Source of the DNA: Desulfurococcaceae archaeon | GTDB lineage: Archaea; Thermoproteota; Thermoprotei_A; Sulfolobales; Desulfurococcaceae | NCBI GenBank assembly: GCA_038888155.1 | Contig: JAWAJB010000004.1 | Span: 64,001-128,000, forward strand | Direction: 5' to 3' | Length of the DNA stretch: 64,000 nucleotides | Shown here: positions 60,456-64,000 of the stretch, one piece after another | Layout: the number at the start of each line of letters is the position of its first letter | Position numbering within the stretch: position 1 is the first letter of the stretch | Program-made: the position numbers and the translations under genes | Notes under the pieces: generated by a model | What the model saw: only the letters and a program-made list of their open reading frames with translations | What the model was told of the DNA's origin: nothing | The model's database searches: none

Positions 60456-60926
60456 TTGGAGAGAGAGTTTAGGAGAATAGTTAGGATCTTAGAAACAGAT
60501 GTAGATGGTAGGCTTCCACTTGTACAAGGCTTAGCTGCTATTAAAGGAGTGGGTTACAACTTCGGTCTAGGCGTGTGCAGAGTTCTAGGGTTAGATCCAA
60601 GCATGAAAACTGGGTACTTAACAGATAATGAAATTAAAAACCTGGAGAGCGTAGTTAAAGAGCCCCTTAAGTACAACATACCCGTGTGGCTCTGCAACAG
60701 GAGAAAAGACCGCTCGCTAGGGAGCGATCTGCACTACACTAGTGCGTCGCTGTTGTTCTATGTCAAGGAAGACATCGAGCACGAGAAAAGGATAAAAACT
60801 TGGCGCGGTGTAAGACACGCTATAGGCTTAAAAGTTAGGGGACAGCGAACTAGGACGACTGGCAGAGCCGGTATAACCGTAGGAGTTAAGAGGAAAAGAG
60901 AGGCTCCGCAACAACAGCAGAAATAA
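60456..60926 (+). CDS. rps13: 30S ribosomal protein S13
   Basis: IKGVG, WRGVRH..GLKVRGQRTRTTGR. Confidence 0.97.
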   Translation: MEREFRRIVRILETDVDGRLPLVQGLAAIKGVGYNFGLGVCRVLGLDPSMKTGYLTDNEIKNLESVVKEPLKYNIPVWLCNRRKDRSLGSDLHYTSASLLFYVKEDIEHEKRIKTWRGVRHAIGLKVRGQRTRTTGRAGITVGVKRKREAPQQQQK

Positions 60927-60942
60927 TATTGGGTGAAATTGC

Positions 60943-61452
60943 ATGGGCGATCCAAAGAAGTCTAGGAGAACGTGGTCAGGGCCTAGGCACCCCTGGCGTA
61001 AAGAGAGGCTAATGGATGAATCAAGGCTTATAGGAACCTATGGCCTTAGGAACAAGAGAGAGCTGTGGAAGGCTATGTCAACTGTTAGGTACTTTAGGCA
61101 CAGGGCGCGCACTCTCCTCGCTGCTCCTCCTGATGTTCGAGAAAAAGAGGAGAAAGTGCTACTCAGTAAGCTAACAGAGCTAGGGTTAATAAAAGAGGGG
61201 GCCAAGCTAGACGACATATTGAACGTGCGCGTAGAGGACCTATTGGAGAGGCGGCTCCAAACAATAATATACAGGAAGGGGCTAACGACTTCTATTCAGG
61301 AGGCTAGACAGCTAATAATTCACGGACATATAACAATAGGCGGGAGGAAGATTAAATCCCCCGGCTATATTGTGTCCATGAAGGAAGAGAAGTTAATAGG
61401 TTACTATTATAAGAGCCCTTACATAAAGCTACAAGCTAGTGAGTCGGCATAG
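60943..61452 (+). CDS. rps4: 30S ribosomal protein S4
   Basis: MGDPKK, YGLRNKRELW, LERRLQT. Confidence 0.97.
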   Translation: MGDPKKSRRTWSGPRHPWRKERLMDESRLIGTYGLRNKRELWKAMSTVRYFRHRARTLLAAPPDVREKEEKVLLSKLTELGLIKEGAKLDDILNVRVEDLLERRLQTIIYRKGLTTSIQEARQLIIHGHITIGGRKIKSPGYIVSMKEEKLIGYYYKSPYIKLQASESA

Positions 61453-61455
61453 TGG

Positions 61456-61866
61456 GTGAATGCTGTGTCGTTTGCATTCAGAGAGCTTAGATGGGGCATG
61501 GCTCACATATACAGCAGCTCTAATAACACCTTAATACACATCACAGATCTTTCAGGCGCAGAAACCGTCAGCGTGTCGAGCGGCGGGAGAGTTGTAAAAG
61601 CTGATAGGGAGAAACCAAGCCCGTATGCTGCAATGCTAGCATCCTCTAGGGCGGCAACAGATGCCATGGATAAAGGGATTACAGCCCTTCACATTAAAGT
61701 GCGAGCCCCTGGCGGCCACGGCCCAAAGACCCCCGGACCTGGAGCACAAGCTGCAATAAGGGCGCTCGCAAGATCAGGCTTCGTTATTGGCAGAATAGAG
61801 GACGTTACGCCAGTACCTCACGACACCACTAGGAGACCGGGTGGAAGGAGGGGTAGGAGGCTCTAA
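61456..61866 (+). CDS. rps11: 30S ribosomal protein S11
   Basis: [26 protein letters not shown]. Confidence 0.97.
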   Translation: MNAVSFAFRELRWGMAHIYSSSNNTLIHITDLSGAETVSVSSGGRVVKADREKPSPYAAMLASSRAATDAMDKGITALHIKVRAPGGHGPKTPGPGAQAAIRALARSGFVIGRIEDVTPVPHDTTRRPGGRRGRRL

Positions 61867-61882
61867 ATTCGAGGTGCTTTAA

Positions 61883-62719
61883 TTGAAGGTAGATGTATTA
61901 GAGAGCAGCCAATTCGCTACAACTCTGCTCATCCAGGGCATTTCTCTACATGTACTCAACTCAATTAGAAGGGCAATTATGAGCGAAGTTCCGACAATGG
62001 CTATCGACTATGTCATCTTCATAGAGAATTCGAGCGTATTTTATGATGAGTATATAGCCCATAGATTGGGGCTAGTCCCTTTGAGAAGCGATGATGCTTA
62101 TAAAAGGTACAAGCCCCCAGAGGAGTGCGCAGAGGCTGGCGAAAAGAGAGTATTTTCGGCAGACTGCTTTGCAAAGTTCGATCTTGAAGCAGAGGGGCCA
62201 GAGGGGGGTATTTCTACGATATATAGCAAAAATTTAATTCCAGGCGATCCTCAGATCGCTCCTATTCACGAAAACATACCTATATTGAAGCTAGCAAAGG
62301 GCCAGAGAATAAAGCTAGAGGCATTTGCTAGGCTCGGGAGAGGGAAAGAACACATTAAATGGAGCCCTGTTAGTGTTGCAATTCACAAGTATGTGCCGCT
62401 AATAAGCGTAGAACATCATACTTGCAGAAACTGCTCTAAATGCGTTGAGGCCTGCCCTCGCCAAGTATTGTTAGTTGAAGGGGATAGAGTCTCTGTGAAC
62501 ATCCAGCGAATACTGAGCTGCAATTTCTGTAGACTGTGCGAACAGGTATGCGAGTACGGTTCAATTAAAGTATCCCACAAGCAAAACGAGTATATTTTAC
62601 ACATAAACCTCACGGGCGGCTTAAGCGCGCATAGAGCGCTTATAGAGGCCTCTGAGATCCTCATAAATAAGTTAAATGAGCTAGAGGAAAGGTTGAAGGC
62701 AGCGGGTGTTGTGCAGTGA
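61883..62719 (+). CDS. rpoD: RNA polymerase subunit Rpo3/D with ferredoxin-like domain
   Basis: NSIRR..EVPTMAID, AHRLGLVPL, two CxxCxxCxxxC motifs. Confidence 0.96.
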   Translation: MKVDVLESSQFATTLLIQGISLHVLNSIRRAIMSEVPTMAIDYVIFIENSSVFYDEYIAHRLGLVPLRSDDAYKRYKPPEECAEAGEKRVFSADCFAKFDLEAEGPEGGISTIYSKNLIPGDPQIAPIHENIPILKLAKGQRIKLEAFARLGRGKEHIKWSPVSVAIHKYVPLISVEHHTCRNCSKCVEACPRQVLLVEGDRVSVNIQRILSCNFCRLCEQVCEYGSIKVSHKQNEYILHINLTGGLSAHRALIEASEILINKLNELEERLKAAGVVQ

Positions 62720-63081
62720 CTGAAGTAAGGGGGAAAACAAATTTAATCTTAAGGGAACTCGTTAAGATCCTAATTAAGTACTCAAGGGAACACAACGCTA
62801 AGTTGTGGCGAGTTATCGCTGAAGATCTCTCTCGAGCTACGAGAACGCGTAGAGCTGTCAATATAAGTAGAATAAATAGGTTCACAAACCCAGGGGATTA
62901 TATCGTGGTTCCTGGAAAGGTACTGGGCGCTGGCAAACTAGATCACCCCGTAGTTGTCGCTGCGCTGAGCTTCTCGAAAACTGCAATAGAGAAGATCGGC
63001 GCAGCAGGAGGTCGTGCAATAAACATATATGAGCTCTTAAGAGAGAAGCCAGATGGTTCAGGCGTGAGAATTATTGGGTGA
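62716..63081 (+). CDS. rpl18e: 50S ribosomal protein L18e
   Basis: VNISRINR, VVPGKVLG. Confidence 0.96.
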   Translation: MTEVRGKTNLILRELVKILIKYSREHNAKLWRVIAEDLSRATRTRRAVNISRINRFTNPGDYIVVPGKVLGAGKLDHPVVVAALSFSKTAIEKIGAAGGRAINIYELLREKPDGSGVRIIG

Positions 63082-63536
63082 GGTCGATGCAACAAGAGAA
63101 AATTCTATATGTTGATGCCTCTGGGCAAATCTTAGGGAGATTGGCCAGCATTGCAGCAAAGAAACTTCTAGAGGGCTACAGCGTGTACGTCTTCAACGCT
63201 GAAAAGGCTGTTCTAAGCGGCGAGAAGAGCAGGGTCGTAAACGGGTATAGGCTGCTCTTCGAGGTAAAGACTCACCTCAACCCGGAAAGATCTGGAATTA
63301 GGCGGCCGAGAAACCCCGTTAGCATATTTAAGCGCGCAGTGAGGGGCATGCTCCCAATAGATAAGCCCCACGGAAGAGAAGCCTATAAGAGACTTAAAGC
63401 ATATATTGGTGTGCCGCCTGAGTATAAGGGCGTAGAGCCAGTAAAGTTCTCAGAAGCTATGTACACTAGGCTCAAGGGGAGGTTTATAACAGTAGAGGAA
63501 GTTGCTTACGCCATGGGATGGAGGGGTAAGAAATGA
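63078..63536 (+). CDS. rpl13: 50S ribosomal protein L13
   Basis: ILGRLAS, VRGMLP. Confidence 0.96.
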   Translation: MRSMQQEKILYVDASGQILGRLASIAAKKLLEGYSVYVFNAEKAVLSGEKSRVVNGYRLLFEVKTHLNPERSGIRRPRNPVSIFKRAVRGMLPIDKPHGREAYKRLKAYIGVPPEYKGVEPVKFSEAMYTRLKGRFITVEEVAYAMGWRGKK

Positions 63537-63967
63537 GCCAAAACGCAGTTGAGCCAACTACACATAAAATAGTGGTGTCAACTGGTAAAAGAAAGACAAG
63601 CGTTGCTCGGGCAATCGTTAGAGCTGGTGAGGGCAGGGTATGGGTGAACAACATACCTCTAGAGGCATACCCCGTTGAACTAGCAAGAGAGAAGATAGCT
63701 GAACCAATACACTTAGCTGGGAGCTTAGCGAAATTCATTGATATAAAGGTAAATGTAAGCGGCGGAGGCGTAATGAGTCAAGCTGATGCGTGCAGAGTAG
63801 CAATAGCAAGGGGAATTGTAGAGTACTTCGGTGAAGTTGGAAAAGAAATAGAGAAGATCTTTAGAGAATACGATAGGCATATTCTGAGCGGCGATCCACG
63901 ACAAACAGAGCCCAAGAAGTGGGGCAGGTATAGCGCTAGAAGGAGGTGGCAGAAGAGCTACAGGTGA
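63533..63967 (+). CDS. rps9: 30S ribosomal protein S9
   Basis: GKRKTSVARA, GGGVMSQA, QKSYR. Confidence 0.97.
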   Translation: MSQNAVEPTTHKIVVSTGKRKTSVARAIVRAGEGRVWVNNIPLEAYPVELAREKIAEPIHLAGSLAKFIDIKVNVSGGGVMSQADACRVAIARGIVEYFGEVGKEIEKIFREYDRHILSGDPRQTEPKKWGRYSARRRWQKSYR

Positions 63968-63973
63968 GGGCAA

Positions 63974-64000
63974 GTGTTGTTCCCAGTTAGATGCTTTACA
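63974..64000 (+). CDS. rpoN: RNA polymerase subunit Rpo10/N, 5' fragment truncated by the window edge
   Basis: GTG start after GGTGA; reads MLFPVRCFT; expected position after rps9. Confidence 0.9.

Noticed and set aside
62418-62552. Two complete ferredoxin-type Cys motifs in RpoD
   Set aside because: Already described in several archaeal RpoD proteins.

Overview
Core-genome segment of a hyperthermophilic crenarchaeon (Thermoproteota, most likely Desulfurococcales/Desulfurococcaceae). The assignment rests on fused RpoB, split RpoA1/A2, CdvA, a Cren7-like protein, S30e, TFE-beta, tRNA introns and the lack of EF-2 in the str cluster. The window is dense housekeeping DNA: Nop5, GatDE, thermosome, topoisomerase IA, enolase, two TFBs, Cdc48, TmcA, Sua5, EndA, GlyRS, Orc1/Cdc6, the RNA polymerase/str/S13 operons and three intron-containing tRNAs. 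I see no integrase, transposase, CRISPR array or defence island. The items worth a second look are subtle: (1) four box C/D guide-RNA candidates in intergenic DNA; (2) a CTP synthase whose glutaminase Cys is replaced by Ser, with a new Cys in the oxyanion loop; (3) a 74-bp perfect repeat between the two AAA domains of cdc48, suggesting intragenic gene conversion; (4) a CxxC-less, phosducin-like thioredoxin fold head-to-head with the thermosome; (5) a cdvA without cdvB/C, with a palindrome over its predicted start site and a convergent wHTH gene; (6) a stand-alone Cdc48-N-like double-psi barrel; (7) genes that seem to need CTG/ATA starts. All product calls and rRNA/tRNA targets come from recalled family motifs and consensus sequences, not from database searches.
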